From positions 51,262,225 to 51,326,224 of the forward strand of contig NC_068999.1 of assembly GCF_001194135.2 (NCBI RefSeq): a DNA stretch of 64,000 nucleotides. Direction: 5' to 3'. The position numbers and the translations under genes are program-made. Position 1 is the stretch's first letter, and the number at the start of each line of letters is the position of its first letter. The notes beneath the pieces are model-generated. The model saw only the letters and a program-made list of their open reading frames with translations, had not been told where the DNA came from and did not search any database. The DNA is from Octopus bimaculoides. Taxonomy: Eukaryota. Below are positions 11,963 through 25,461 of this stretch, piece after piece.

Positions 11963-12138
11963 TGTATATATATATATGTGTGGGGGGGGGTGTACACATA
12001 CTTATATACATACATATATATGTGTGTATAATGAAGGATAGATAGAGAGATAGATATTCGTGTGTGTATGTAGACATTCAAATATATTTATGTATAAATC
12101 TGTGTGCGTCTGCATATGTGTATATCTGCTCAGTATAA

Positions 12139-12176
<38 letters not shown>

Positions 12177-13520
12177 TATACACTAAGCCACATACTTTTC
12201 CTCATATTGTACATCTGCGCTATATTACGCAGGTATTGCATTCTATCATATGATACTTCTTAACAGTAAAGTAATCAGGGTTTTGCAAGTGAATTTTTCC
12301 CGACTATTGTATGGTAACGTTTCGAAGACAATAAGGATCACTCCTTCGTTGAATTGATTTTTTCAGAACACATCGATGCAGGTATCTTCAATTTTTAGAG
12401 AGATTTATGACCACGTGAACGTGACAACAAATATTTAATCGTACTCTTGCTGTGCTATGTATATTCTACTGATTATATTTGTTAAAGTATTATTGTATTA
12501 ATAATCGATTATGTTGATTTTGATAGTCGGAGTGTTTACTCTCAATACATTTTCGTTGGCTGCGTTCTAGGTCTTCGGTAACATACAAAATTCACGTTGG
12601 TTTAGAAGCGAAAAAACGCACTACTTGAGTGCTACTGCCTCGCTATATATATTTGGGATTCGTTCAAGAAAGCAACAGAGAATATTCAGAAATGATTTCC
12701 TACTGAAATTTTCTTTGCAGTGGCAGAGTTAGAATTTAAATCATACAAGTAAACAAAGTGTTGAAATAGCTATTTATAACGGTGAGATTTATATGACTTT
12801 GATGTGTAAATAAAACCAATAAAAATTGGGTCATTCAATAGCAGAGGACCCGTGCCAAGTACATAATAAATTGTCAGTGATGGAACGCGAAAAGACAAAG
12901 TGCAATGTTCAAAACCCGTTCAAGAGCGATTCTGTAATGTGAAATTTGGAACTATAAATGCTAGAATTATTTTACCGACTATTTAATTTGTATATATCAT
13001 TTTACTCCAATTATTTAATTCAACATTTCCGTCAGAAACTAATGTCAAAATTTCTCCTCTATTGGTTTTACACATATGCAAGGAAATGTAATATTTTATA
13101 TTGCTAACCTTTCGTCCAGTCTTAACTTTAAAAAAAATTTAACCATATATATTTGATTTTCTGTCTTGTACTCAGATTACCTTAGGGAGTCATATTCATT
13201 TCTCTAATGTCAACCTACATGCTTTCTAAAATATTACCTTCACACATCTACCGGATTAATATTTGTCATTCAAGCCAAGCATCGAAATAATGAAGCTAAC
13301 CTTTCTTAGTAAATCTCTTTGACATTTCCCGGTAGGTGTGCTAGAAATACGAAAAATATTGTCTCTTATACCAAGGTCAACTACTCCTATGATCACCTAA
13401 CGATTTCATCCGGTATGATGTAAGTGTTCTTCTCTTTATGAAAAGTACCAATAGTCTGGATAATTTTATTGTCAAACTAATGAGACGCGAATAGAAAGTT
13501 TAGCATTATACAACCGCCAA

Positions 13521-13735
13521 CATGGCGAGTTTTCAAAATCGTTAACAAACCGGGAAAACTGCTTAGCGGCGTTTCGTCTGCCTTTACGTTCTATTTTCAA
13601 ATTCCACCGTGGTTGGCTTTGCATTTCATCCTTTCGGGGCCGTAGAAATAAGTATCAGTAGCACACTGGAGTCGATGGTATCGACTAGCACCTTCCCCCA
13701 CATTTTCCGACCTTATGCTTATAGTAGAAAGGAAT
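13521..13735 (+). mobile_element. SINE family 1 copy, tail A
   Basis: GCTTAGCGGCGTTTCGTCTG...TTTCATCCTTTCGGGG...CTTATAGTAGAAAGGAAT. Confidence 0.85.
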
Positions 13736-14992
13736 ATATAACCACCAAAACAGTAACACTTTCACGACAATTAAATGTTCCTTCACCTGTCTTCGTCTTT
13801 TGTTTTCGCTATTTGTACGAATTTGAGACAACAGCTTTATATATTCTCTGACCAGATTGTGCATATATGTTATATATGGTGTGTTTTTACATTCTATGTA
13901 TGTGTACTATCTGAATCCTACCCACAATATTTTTCTTGGGGTAAAGATATTACTTACAATGCTCGAGGTTATAGACTACCAGGAATATTATGTCAATTTG
14001 ATTTTCTACAGTTTAGCCTCAACCCATACGTTGCATGTGAAACTGGATTTAGACAAATACTATAGAGAAGCCCATCGGGTGAGTTTTATATGTAATTGAA
14101 AAGGTACAGCCTTTGCAAAAACTGGGTCGCACTGGTTCTGTCGAGTAATACTCAACCAGTTAAATATATTTTAATTCAGGAGTTGATAAAACCTTTACGT
14201 TCGAAACAAGCATACGAAAAAGTTTAAAAAAAACAAATGCTCAAAATTTTCATGATAATCCATGGAATAAAACATATTAAATATAATACGTATTATAATA
14301 TACACTGCCTAAAACCTAAATCATATTTTTGCTTTTCTCCGTCATTTCTTCTGAAATAGCGGAGATCTTCCACCTTGCTATATGTTTTTCTTCTAAAATA
14401 CATATAACAACGTGGAAATATTACTTGAAATATAATATATCTTGTCAGTGATAGACATAGAGAGAGCTAACTTATCAAATATTCTGATCAGCAAGGCATT
14501 CATAGTGTCCGCAATGGCGTCTAAAGTATAGATGATGGATATCCTACAGATGAGCTATGTTTCATAGCGAAAATTAATTCTATAACAACCTCCATCACAA
14601 TCGTCGCTGGGGACTTTTTACTCGTTTAAAAAATAAAAAAAATTCACACATAAAAAAAGGTAGAAGTTTACAGCGGGGTGATGCTGTCGTTTTCTTTGTA
14701 TGTTTGTATGTATGTATGTGTCGATATGTGCATGTGTGTGTGTTTGTGTGTGTGTGTGTGTTCGTGTTCGTATGTGTGTGTTTGTGTGTGTGTTCGTGTG
14801 CGTGTGTGTGTGTGTGTTTGTGGGTGAGTGTGTGTGCATGCACATCAATGGATGGATATATAGACACAGATAGACACAAACAGACAGTCAGACAGGTAGA
14901 TAAATAGATAGATTCCGTTTTAACTGTATGACGTAAATAACACGTGTGTATGCATGTGTGCCTGTATGTGTTTGTATGCACGGGTGCGTGTG

Positions 14993-15041
<49 letters not shown>

Positions 15042-15089
15042 CAATTATGCTTCTTAGTCAAACTTATAGTGACGTCCATGTGAAATATC

Positions 15090-15500
15090 GTGCTGACCAG
15101 AGAGAGTCACAGAGAGAGAGTATGTGTGTGGTGAGGGTGGAGAGAGAGAGAGATGAGAGACAAAGAGACTGAGATACAGAGGGAGAAAGGCAGACAGACC
15201 GAGAGAGACAGGTAAACAAACACCCAGAAAGACCGAACGAGATTCACAAGGAAACAGACGGACAGATAGAGTGAGAGATTGTTGAGCTGCAGTGAATGAA
15301 AGTAGCATAGGTCTGGTGACTATATAGGACTGAAGAATGTTAAAGGTTGTGAGGACAAACAAGCGAAGACCACAGCAATATATCAAGCGATAGAAACATT
15401 GAAGTGGAACTAAAGAAGAGATTAAGGAATAAAGAAGGGGAAAAAAAGAGGGAAAGCGAGCGTGAAGCGGTAAATGAAAGCAAAGTGATGTGGCTATTGC
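15090..15500. repeat. Degenerate purine-rich (AG)n/(GACA)n tract
   Basis: Directly visible low-complexity purine strand. Confidence 0.8.
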
Positions 15501-15719
15501 ATATATATATATGAATAAAAGAGAAAAGTTATGATAGTAACCGGAAATAAATCACGTATTTAATACATGAAGAAAGGATGTCGGACAGAGTAGTCACACA
15601 AGATATTTGTGACGATATATATGCATGTATATAGGTACGTTAATATATGTAAATATATAGATACATACATATGTATGTATATATATTTACATATATGAAC
15701 GCATGTACATGAACGCATG

Positions 15720-15757
<38 letters not shown>

Positions 15758-15765
15758 CATACATC

Positions 15766-15807
<42 letters not shown>

Positions 15808-16004
15808 CTTATATGCATACACACATACATATGTATACTCCTATTTAAAATAGGAATGTAGACATTCAATCAAATAAAAGATCGCACAGTAAGTTCCCCA
15901 ACAGGTGCGTGGTTATCGGCAAAGGTCGTGGTTAAGGCAAGGAAGTAACCTCAACGTCGTCCTCAAAGTCCAGGAAATGTAATGATGAAGCGTGGGTATG
16001 TCTA

Positions 16005-16562
<558 letters not shown>

Positions 16563-17192
16563 CTAGGTAGGTGGGCAGGTGGACAGGCAGGCAGAGAGAC
16601 ACACAGAAACACAGACTGATAGCTATCCAGCTTGCTTTATGTTTGATGTTTCACTGGTATGAGACGAATCCGCTACTCTAATCTTAGTTTAGAGTATTCA
16701 GTTAAACGTTTGGCACTTTTTGTGATGGGTTTTCCACAGCAAACCACTTGTCTTTCTAACAGCTGACACGGTTTCACTGTAGCTTTGAGAAAAAAATGTA
16801 TGAAAACACCTTGTTTACCTTTAAGGAATAACTGAGACTATCGCTGGAAGCGTTATGTGAATATAATTCCATGAAGTTATCGAAGAAAACCCGTGTTGGC
16901 GATCAATGTCCTCACTTTGTCTGTTACTTGCCATCATCTGCCAAAGGAAATAGTTGCGGTTTTTTTTTTTTTAATCTACAATCAGAGGAGGAAGAACTGC
17001 GCTCAATTGATGACCCTTTTTGTGAACTGTGACTGGTGGTGGAATACAGGACGTTACACTCAGACAACTGACCAGGTCCGAAATTTTACAAACGAGCAGA
17101 CAAGCATTTGCGAAACAAACGTCTTAATCAAACCTTTCTTTCAAACAGTGCGATGTTATAAATCTTTTCCGCAGGTCAGGAATGGTCTCCCA

Positions 17193-17350
17193 TGATAAGC
17201 ATCCACACAGTTTTCCTCGACTAAATTTCGTTGAAAAAGTTTTGAACCAACAGATTCTTCGGAGATACTTATCTAATACGTCAAGTTGTAGAATTCAGCT
17301 CGAAATTAGGCATTTGTGAGACGAACGCCTTAACCACATAATCATATCTG
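17193..17350 (-). mobile_element. Decayed SINE family 2 head
   Basis: Minus strand GCAGATATGATTATGTGGTTAAGGCGTTCG...GAAATTTAGTCGAGGAAAACTGTGTGGATGC. Confidence 0.5.
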
Positions 17351-17994
17351 CAACAAATCAAACCATGATTAAAACGGAATCGAGCTATTGTTGAAGATTA
17401 AGTCGCCGGAAAAGCGACCTTATTCTGCAGCGTGTTTGCGTGTCTTAATACTTTGCATAACTACAAGATTGTTTAATCAAATTATCGCTTTAAAGAATTT
17501 GCTGGAATGTTGCCAATATCACCACCAAATAAGAATCCTTGTAATGATAGGATTCCTGACTGTAATGTATAAGAATACTCATTAGTAGTTAATAGAAAAA
17601 TTTGTTCAGTATGTTAACAATGAAATCCTCGTTATAATTCTACGCGTGATGTTTGCATAAGTAACTTGTTCAGAATTCTATAAAATCTGGTTTGAAGTTA
17701 ACCAATTTTCAACGACGACAAACAGCCTCTGATTTTAACGGCTAATGAATAACCTGAAGTGTTACTAACGATAATTCAGAACAGAAGTGAATGCAAAATA
17801 TGTAGGTATATTTCTGAAATATTCTTTTACTAAGTCAGCAGATATCGATCGACCGATGTCCTTCATGCTTAATGTTACTAATAATATTTCTTAAAGACAT
17901 GACTTTAAGTTGGCACCCGCACCGTTGCCCACATTGTCATATTGATGCCATCTTCAAAGGGTTGGAGAAGAAAGATGCTGGAAGCACAAGGTCT

Positions 17995-18139
17995 CAAAGA
18001 AGAAGAAGAAGAAGAAAGCAACAGTGACAGCAGAAGAAGGAGGAGGAGGAGGAGGAAGAAGAAGAAGAAGAAGAAGAAGAAGAAGAAGAAGAAGAAGAAG
18101 AAGAAGAAGAAGAAGAAGAAGAAGAAGAAGAAGAAGAAG
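17995..18139. repeat. (AAG)n/(AGG)n microsatellite
   Basis: Directly visible; source of the poly-K, poly-E and poly-R ORFs. Confidence 0.97.
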
Positions 18140-18250
18140 GGTGAAAGGCAAAGTCGACTTCGGCCGAATTTGAACTCTGGACATAGCGATACAGGAAATA
18201 CTGCTTTGTATTTCGCCGTGGATGTGAACGATTCTAATAGCTCAGCGCCT
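18140..18250 (-). mobile_element. SINE family 1, 5' half, abutting (AAG)n
   Basis: GAAAGGCAAAGTCGACTTCGGCCGAATTTGAACTC is the reverse complement of the core and B-box. Confidence 0.8.
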
Positions 18251-18827
18251 TAGATAATAATAATAACAACAACACCAACACAACAATAATTGTAATATTA
18301 TCCTTTCTANNNNNNNNNNNNNNNNNNNNNNNNNNNNNNNNNNNNNNNNNNNNNNNNNNNNNNNNNNNNNNNNNNNNNNNNNNNNNNNNNNNNNNNNNNN
18401 NNNNNNNNNNNNNNNNNNNNNNNNNNNNNNNNNNNNNNNNNNNNNNNNNNNNNNNNNNNNNNNNNNNNNNNNNNNNNNNNNNNNNNNNNNNNNNNNNNNN
18501 NNNNNNNNNNNNNNNNNNNNNNNNNNNNNNNNNNNNNNNNNNNNNNNNNNNNNNNNNNNNNNNNNNNNNNNNNNNNNNNNNNNNNNNNNNNNNNNNNNNN
18601 NNNNNNNNNNNNNNNNNNNNNNNNNNNNNNNNNNNNNNNNNNNNNNNNNNNNNNNNNNNNNNNNNNNNNNNNNNNNNNNNNNNNNNNNNNNNNNNNNNNN
18701 NNNNNNNNNNNNNNNNNNNNNNNNNNNNNNNNNNNNNNNNNNNNNNNNNNNNNNNNNNNNNNNNNNNNNNNNNNNNNNNNNNNNNNNNNNNNNNNNNNNN
18801 NNNNNNNNNNNNNNNNNNNNNNNNNNN

Positions 18828-18888
<61 letters not shown>

Positions 18889-19001
18889 GATATGCACATA
18901 TACTTTCATACGTATTCATTTGATCTTACGTATGTTTGTATATGCATGTTTATATACATGTATATTTATAAATATACGTGTGTATACATATGTGTATGTG
19001 T

Positions 19002-19040
<39 letters not shown>

Positions 19041-19597
19041 AGCACGCAACAATAACAATGTCCAATATATGGATACGTGATAAACAAATTATGTAAGTAC
19101 ATGACTGAATGTGTGTGGGTACCTGTTTTTGTGTGATTTACATTGTAAGAAAATATATTCAAAGACCTGTTTTAATTTATTTGTTACAGAGTTTATCATA
19201 TCAGTTGAAACGTTTACGTAAATATTGCATGATTGAAGTGTCCGTTACTTATCATACGTTAAGTCTTCTAGCATTCTCTAATGTCTTTCTCTCTCAATAC
19301 ATTCACTAAACTTCTATATATTCTCCTCTCTATCCTTCTGTCTCATTAGAGTGTTGTTACATTTCCCTTCTATAACTCTTCTGCATTCTTTTCTAACATT
19401 ATTTCATCACAGCCTCACCCTTCGTGTCTTAAATCTGTTTTTAATACTTACAAGTTCTGAGTTCTAACAAACATTTCCTTTGCTTTATTGATAGCTACTT
19501 CGCTCCCATACTCTTTGCGATGTCATGTGGTTGCGAACTTCAATCTGCAACCGCTACACCGCTCGTCTGCTAATTGTCTTCTACAGTAACACCTATC

Positions 19598-19692
19598 TTG
19601 ACTAATGATTACCGAGTGCAACTCTAAAAATCATTCAGCCTACAACCCAGTTTTCTGAAATGCTCCTTAAAATCGGCAATGGACAAATTACA
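19598..19692 (+). mobile_element. Helitron PIF1-helicase scrap
   Basis: LTN..RVQL ... FSEMLLKIGNGQI resembles the Helitron motif LT.NMRV.L...FS..LL.IGNG. Confidence 0.55.
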
Positions 19693-19698
19693 TCCGGT

Positions 19699-19889
19699 GA
19701 CACAAGGCCCGAAAATTTTGGAGACGGGGGCCAGTCGATTAGATCCCATTGCGCAACAGGTACTTAATTTATCGACCCCGAAAGGATGAAATGCTAAGTC
19801 TACCTGGACGGAATTTGAACTCAGAACATAAAGACAGACGAAATACCGCTAAGCATTTCGCCCGGCTAACTTTTCTGCCAGCTCGCCGC
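19699..19889 (-). mobile_element. SINE family 1 copy, near full length, tail A
   Basis: CACAAGGCCCGAAAATTTT...TTTATCGACCCCGAAAGGATGAAA...GGAATTTGAACTCAGAAC...TTCTGCCAGCTCGCCGC. Confidence 0.92.
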
Positions 19890-20150
19890 TGGGGACACGG
19901 TATTGCAACAGCTTGTGTTTTAGAGGACCACAACTGTTTAACATCTTGCCAAGGAACCTCAGAAATTTAAAAGGCGTAGATGTGGAAACTTCCAAAAAGC
20001 ACCAGGACAAATTTTTATCTGAAATGCCTCATGAACCCACATCTCAGCAGGAGGTCAAAACAGTACAGAAAGGAGAACCAAAAGCGTTGAAAGGTTGTGC
20101 TCCAGCATGGTCCCAGCTTCTGGATGAAACCAGTAAAAGAATAAAAGAAT
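19890..20150 (+). mobile_element. 3' end of a CR1-clade LINE (ORF2 C-terminus plus 3' tail)
   Basis: TRYCNSLCFRGPQLFNILPRNLRNLKGVDVETSKKHQDKFLSEMPHEPT; tail GTGCTCCAGCATGG...GAAACCAGTAAAAGAATAAAAGAAT. Confidence 0.85.
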
Positions 20151-20151
20151 A

Positions 20152-20184
<33 letters not shown>

Positions 20185-20473
20185 GCACATATATATGGAC
20201 ATATGTCTATATTTACGTGTATATGTATATTTGCATATGTATATATGTGTATACCAATGTGTGTGTATATATATATATATATATATACATACATACATAT
20301 ATACAGAGAGAGAGAGACAGAGACAGAGAGAGAGAGACAGAGACAGAGAGAGAGAGACACAGAGAGAGACGGAGAGGAGGAAAGACAGAGACAGACCGAT
20401 AAACTGTCAAAGAGAAAGTGAGATAAACTTGTGTTTGAATAAATGGGCGTATACCTGTATGTACATTGCAATT

Positions 20474-20548
<75 letters not shown>

Positions 20549-21322
20549 GCATACAAACATACATACATACATACATACATGTATAATCACATCAATCTAT
20601 TTTGTTACCTCCTTGATCATCTGTTATAAGATTGAACTCAAAATGGAAATGTATGCATCAACAGATTATCGTTCGTTAGCCAAGCAACCGGTGAAAAAGG
20701 AAACCAATATAACACATTTTTCATATACTTCTCTTCTCTCTATCTCTATCTCTTTCATTCCTCTCTACCTATCACCCCCACCTCCATTTTTCTTCTTCTC
20801 TTCTCCGTGAAGGGTTTGAAGTAAACAACTTTAATTAGATGTTGCTTTGAAATAACGAGTATTTTTCAACTTCACACACTGACGTTTCGAAATCCGGCTG
20901 ACTTCACTGTAGTTTTGCCCTTGATCGTAGTCCTAATGCTTGTTGCAACTGTCAATTTTCATCATAAATCAGTTAGCTGTAACTAAGAAAGGCTGTAATT
21001 ATTCCGAGTTGTTACCATTTAATTAAGACTTGTGTGTTAAGACACCGCTGAGTATATACCTTTATTAGTGTTTCACACACTATCCCTTGCAATAAGAATC
21101 AATAAACACAAAGAAAACGAATGTGAATACCAGAGACGATGTGAGCTCAGCAAATTTATAACTCCAACCGAATCAATATGGTTTTCGCTACAAAGACAAG
21201 GAAAGTCATTAGTTTATCAGATGCTACGTTCTTAAATGTAAAATTTATATTTTAACAAATATATTTGCTTGCATGTGGCGGTGTGCTTTTGAATGCTGTT
21301 ATCGCTTTCTCTGTGTTATGTG

Positions 21323-21357
<35 letters not shown>

Positions 21358-21807
21358 ATGTATATCGACATGCAGCAATATGTATTACGTGTGATGGAGT
21401 TTGTATATGCGTGAGTCCATGTGTGTGTCTGTATGACTGGTATGAGAAGATATGGTTTCAGTGATATGATCAATACCTGAACCACAGCTCTCGAACTTGA
21501 AGTTCAAGATTGGTGGTTCGAGATTGGTGTGTGCACAAGCACACACACACACACACATACACACACACACGCACACACACACACAAACACACATGTACAC
21601 ATGCAACAATAAAAGTCTGTGTAAGTTGCTACGCATGTAAAGGACACACCATTACACTCACACACACCTACATACACATACATACACACACACACACATA
21701 TATATATATATACAAATATATATATATATACACATATAGTGTGTGTGTGTGTGGTGGGCGGGTGTCTGTGTGCTCGCGCTCGTTTGTAAGAGTAACATTG
21801 AGTCTGA

Positions 21808-21864
<57 letters not shown>

Positions 21865-22473
21865 GTCTGGCTGAACATCGTGGCTGCAAGGCGAGCTTCT
21901 TAACCAGGTTTTGTTTTTCCGATTTGTCCTTCTCTTTCCTCATGCATAAACGGTACCCCTCCGTCCTCAGCACAAGCAATCTCGACATTGTACTATCTGT
22001 CTGTCTATCTATCCATCTACCCATTTCTCTAACTATTTAGGAAGCAAAGTTTTGGTCAACAGAAAGTTTAAATGATTATTATTTTTCGATGCCACTCCAA
22101 TACCTGTTTGAATTTTTTTTTTTTTTTTCACTGTTAATTGAAAGTTTACTTCAAGGAAATATGCAAAAGTCGCTACAAATCTCTTTCTTAATTCTACATC
22201 AATATTTGTTGACTTTCTTACAGATCTAATTAGTTCCTGTATTATACCACACATCATGTTTTTATCTGAGACGGAACTCTCTCATTAATCCATATCTGCT
22301 GTCTGCTGTCCTAGTTTCATACATACATGTATACATAGATGCATACATAATACATACACCCACACATACATACATACATTCATTCATACATACATACATA
22401 CATACATACATACATACATACATACATACATACATAATGCATGCATGCATGCAGATATACATACATCTATATA

Positions 22474-22691
22474 CGAGGTTGTGCTGCGAAGTTTCTTGCT
22501 TTGGGCAAAAGAAGATACAGGGGGACCAGTTAATAATGGTTTTATTCAACATATTCCCCACTCAGATTTACAGACTTCTTGCAGCAGTCTTTCAGTTATT
22601 TTTGGCCCTGTATACGAACTCGGAAGATTGAACCTCCATCCGGGTCTTTCACAATACTCTTAAAGGCAGGAACTTTTCAGCTCTCCCCTCG
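22474..22691. mobile_element. Mariner-type MITE (218 bp) with TA target duplication
   Basis: TA|CGAGGTTGTGCTGCGAAGTT at the left end and AACTTTTCAGCTCTCCCCTCG|TA at the right end form imperfect TIRs. Confidence 0.8.
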
Positions 22692-22769
22692 TATATACAC
22701 ACGTATAATTAAAGTATATGTACATATATATACACATATATAAATTCATATACATTGTAGGATAAACCC

Positions 22770-23569
22770 TTTGTGGTTCAGGCTTCCGCTGTTAGAAGCC
22801 ACCTGATGCGACCCTCGGGCATTATTATGCCGTCGGGCGTCGTCGAGTGGAATCCTACTGTCACATGGCGCGTTTTTGCATTGCAGCGCATCTTCCCTTG
22901 TTCGTCGATTTTTGTGATAATGAAACGAAGGAAAATGGCGGCTGAAACAGTTGTCGTGCTTCTAACAGTTTAAAAGGATGTTGCTATGAGCAAAACGTGA
23001 GTTTCCGAGTTGTTTTCACGCTTTAGGAATGACCACTTGTCACTTGACGACCAATATCATTCAGGACGTTGTCGACCACCCGAACGAATGAAAGCATCAG
23101 GAAAATTCATGAACTGATGTTAGAAGACCATCTCCGAACAATCGACGAAATTTTTGATATGACTGATGTGTCCTGGAGCTCGTTCGGAATTGCGAATGAA
23201 AAGAGTTGCAGCAAAATTTGCGCGTCTCTTGCTCGCGGAATATTAAAACAGCCACGATAGGATGCGTGTCGTGAACTAAAAGAACAGCTGGAAATTGATC
23301 CGGACCCTTTTTCAAAGTTCATGACTGGTGACGAAAGCTGGGGCTACAGAATTTGCAGATGCGGAAGAGGTGAAGGGTACAACGACGGAGGCGTTAAAAG
23401 GCGTCACTTCGCAAGAGTTCCAGCACTGCTTCGAACACTGGAAAACGCATCTGGACCGATGCATTGCTTCAAAAGGAGAATACTCTGACGGCGACCAAAA
23501 TGTAAACACGTAAAACCAAGCGAATGAAATAATATTGCAAAATTCCGGTTTCTTTTGGGTACTCCCTCG
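22770..23569 (+). mobile_element. Internally deleted mariner transposase remnant (irritans-like TIR)
   Basis: KMAAETVVVL; STTRTNESIRKIHELMLEDHLRTIDEI; MKRVAAKF; CRELKEQLEIDPDPFSKFMTGDESWG fused to FADAEEVK...EFQHCFEHWKTHLDRCIASKGEY; 3' TIR TTCCGGTTTCTTTTGGGTACTCCCTCG. Confidence 0.9.
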
Positions 23570-23700
23570 TCTATATATATAAGTATATAAACTTCATATA
23601 TATATATATATATATATGAGTGTGTGCATAGATCAATCGATCGATCGGCAGACAGACAAACAATCAGCCACAGACATAAAATACAGACAGACAGATAGAC

Positions 23701-23744
<44 letters not shown>

Positions 23745-24402
23745 GATACACACACACACAGACACAAATATACTCCTGCACATGCGTACGATGCACACAC
23801 GCACACCGCACATATACACACACAGATAGACACGTATATACAGACATGTATTCTAAAAAGTAGTTTATCTTATGCTCTCAAAGGACTTGCAAAGACTATC
23901 CATTTAATCTTCCTTTAACTCATGAAACTACCTCGATTTTTACATTGCGTGAGTCAAACAAGCCATTTTAAATATTTACAAAGGAAAAATCTATAGCATG
24001 CTCCAGGCAACTTCCTAGACGCGGCATCCCGGACACAAGCTGGCTATCTTAATGCTAACATTTCATTAATAAATCGCTTATAACGCCTGTCTAAGCGAGG
24101 TGAATGTGATGTGTGGATGTTGGCGGTGTTTTTAAATAAGATAAAGTCCTAGCTCACTGAAGACCATAAGTTATTTCACTAAACTGGAGACAGATCATCA
24201 ATAAATCTAGTTAAACGTCGTCCATCATTGCTAAATATGGAACTCCCGGAAACTTTCACAAAAGGAATTACTTTTAGATATTAAAACATTTTCTGAAGTT
24301 ACTAAAGAACAGACACTAAAAGTGTCAAATGCAACTGGATAGGTTGATCTATTTATCTAACTATCTATCCCTCTATGTACATATATATCTATCTATCCAT
24401 CA

Positions 24403-24447
<45 letters not shown>

Positions 24448-24639
24448 CCGATTTATCTACATATCTTTCTATATATCCACCCGTCTATCTATATAACTAT
24501 CAATCTATTCATCTATTTATTTATCTTTTTATCTATTTATTTACCTGTTTATTTATTTACCTATCTATCCAGTCGTCTATGTATATAAGTATCTATCTAT
24601 CTATCTGTCTGTCTGTCTGTCTGCCAATCTATGTCTTTC

Positions 24640-24837
24640 TGTGTCTGTGTTTTCCCCCCGCTATCGCTTGACAACTGTCGTGGGTGTGTTTACGTCCCGT
24701 ACCTTAGCGGTTTGGCAAACAAAAACCATAGAATAAGTACTAGGCTTACCAAAAAAGTCCTGGTATCGATTTTTTTCCACTAAAGGCGGAGCTCCAGCAT
24801 GGCCGCATTCAAAACTCTAAAACAAAAGAATTAAAGA

Positions 24838-24839
<2 letters not shown>
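24640..24839 (+). mobile_element. SINE family 2, 3' half
   Basis: ATCGCTTGACAAC..GTGTGTTTACGTCCC..TTAGCGGTTTGGC..ATAGAATAAGTACTAGGCTTAC..TAAAGGCGGAGCTCCAGCATGGCCGCA. Confidence 0.88.
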
Positions 24840-24879
<40 letters not shown>

Positions 24880-25170
24880 CTGTACACATGAATATATATA
24901 CGCATATGTATATACATACAATACATATATATATATTTATATACACATATATACATACGTATATATATGTACATATTTTCTTTATTTTCTCTATTTTTTC
25001 TCCTTCTTTCTTTGTGTTCCTTTCTGTGGAACAGCGTAGGCTCGAAACATTAAAGACTTTTTCACTTCCTGAGCGTTAAAGTAATACATCTGTTTGTTGT
25101 CTACACCACCTGTCTTCGTCTTTTGTTTTTGTTTTTGCGAATTCTCCCCATATATGTACACTCAGACCTT

Positions 25171-25461
25171 GATGCACCCACCCTCTTTGCAATATACTTT
25201 GCCGTTGTGGTGTCACATTCCTTTCAAAACTCTGAGGAGGGTATCTACATAGACTATCGAACAACGGGGAATGTTTTTAATTTGACCCGACTGAAGTTTA
25301 AAACGAAGGTTTTTACTTCACTTATTAGGGAAATTTTGTATGCTGACGATTGCGATCTGGTTAGTCATTCTGAATCGGGTCTGCAATCCCTTGTATCTGC
25401 ATTTGATGCAGCTTGTGATGATTTTGGCCTGACCATCAATCTGAAAAAAACAGTTGTGATG
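25171..25461 (+). mobile_element. RTE-clade LINE reverse transcriptase fragment, running into a gap
   Basis: Open frame APTLFAIYF...YRTTGNVFNLTRLKFKTKV..LIREILYADDCDLVSHSESGLQSLVSAFDAACDDFGLTINLKKTVVM with the YADD motif. Confidence 0.93.

Noticed and set aside
12367-12385. Possible 15-nt microexon (TTTTTCAG|AACACATCGATGCAG|GTATCT) and a nearby acceptor near 12720
   Set aside because: Weak donor and no gene context; expected by chance in AT-rich DNA.
13180-13440. Faint L2/CR1-like RT C-terminal resemblance
   Set aside because: Too degraded to support by eye.
17520-17620. CNDRIPDCNV...CSVC resembling an ShK-like cysteine pattern
   Set aside because: In-frame stop, incomplete cysteine spacing and no exon boundaries.
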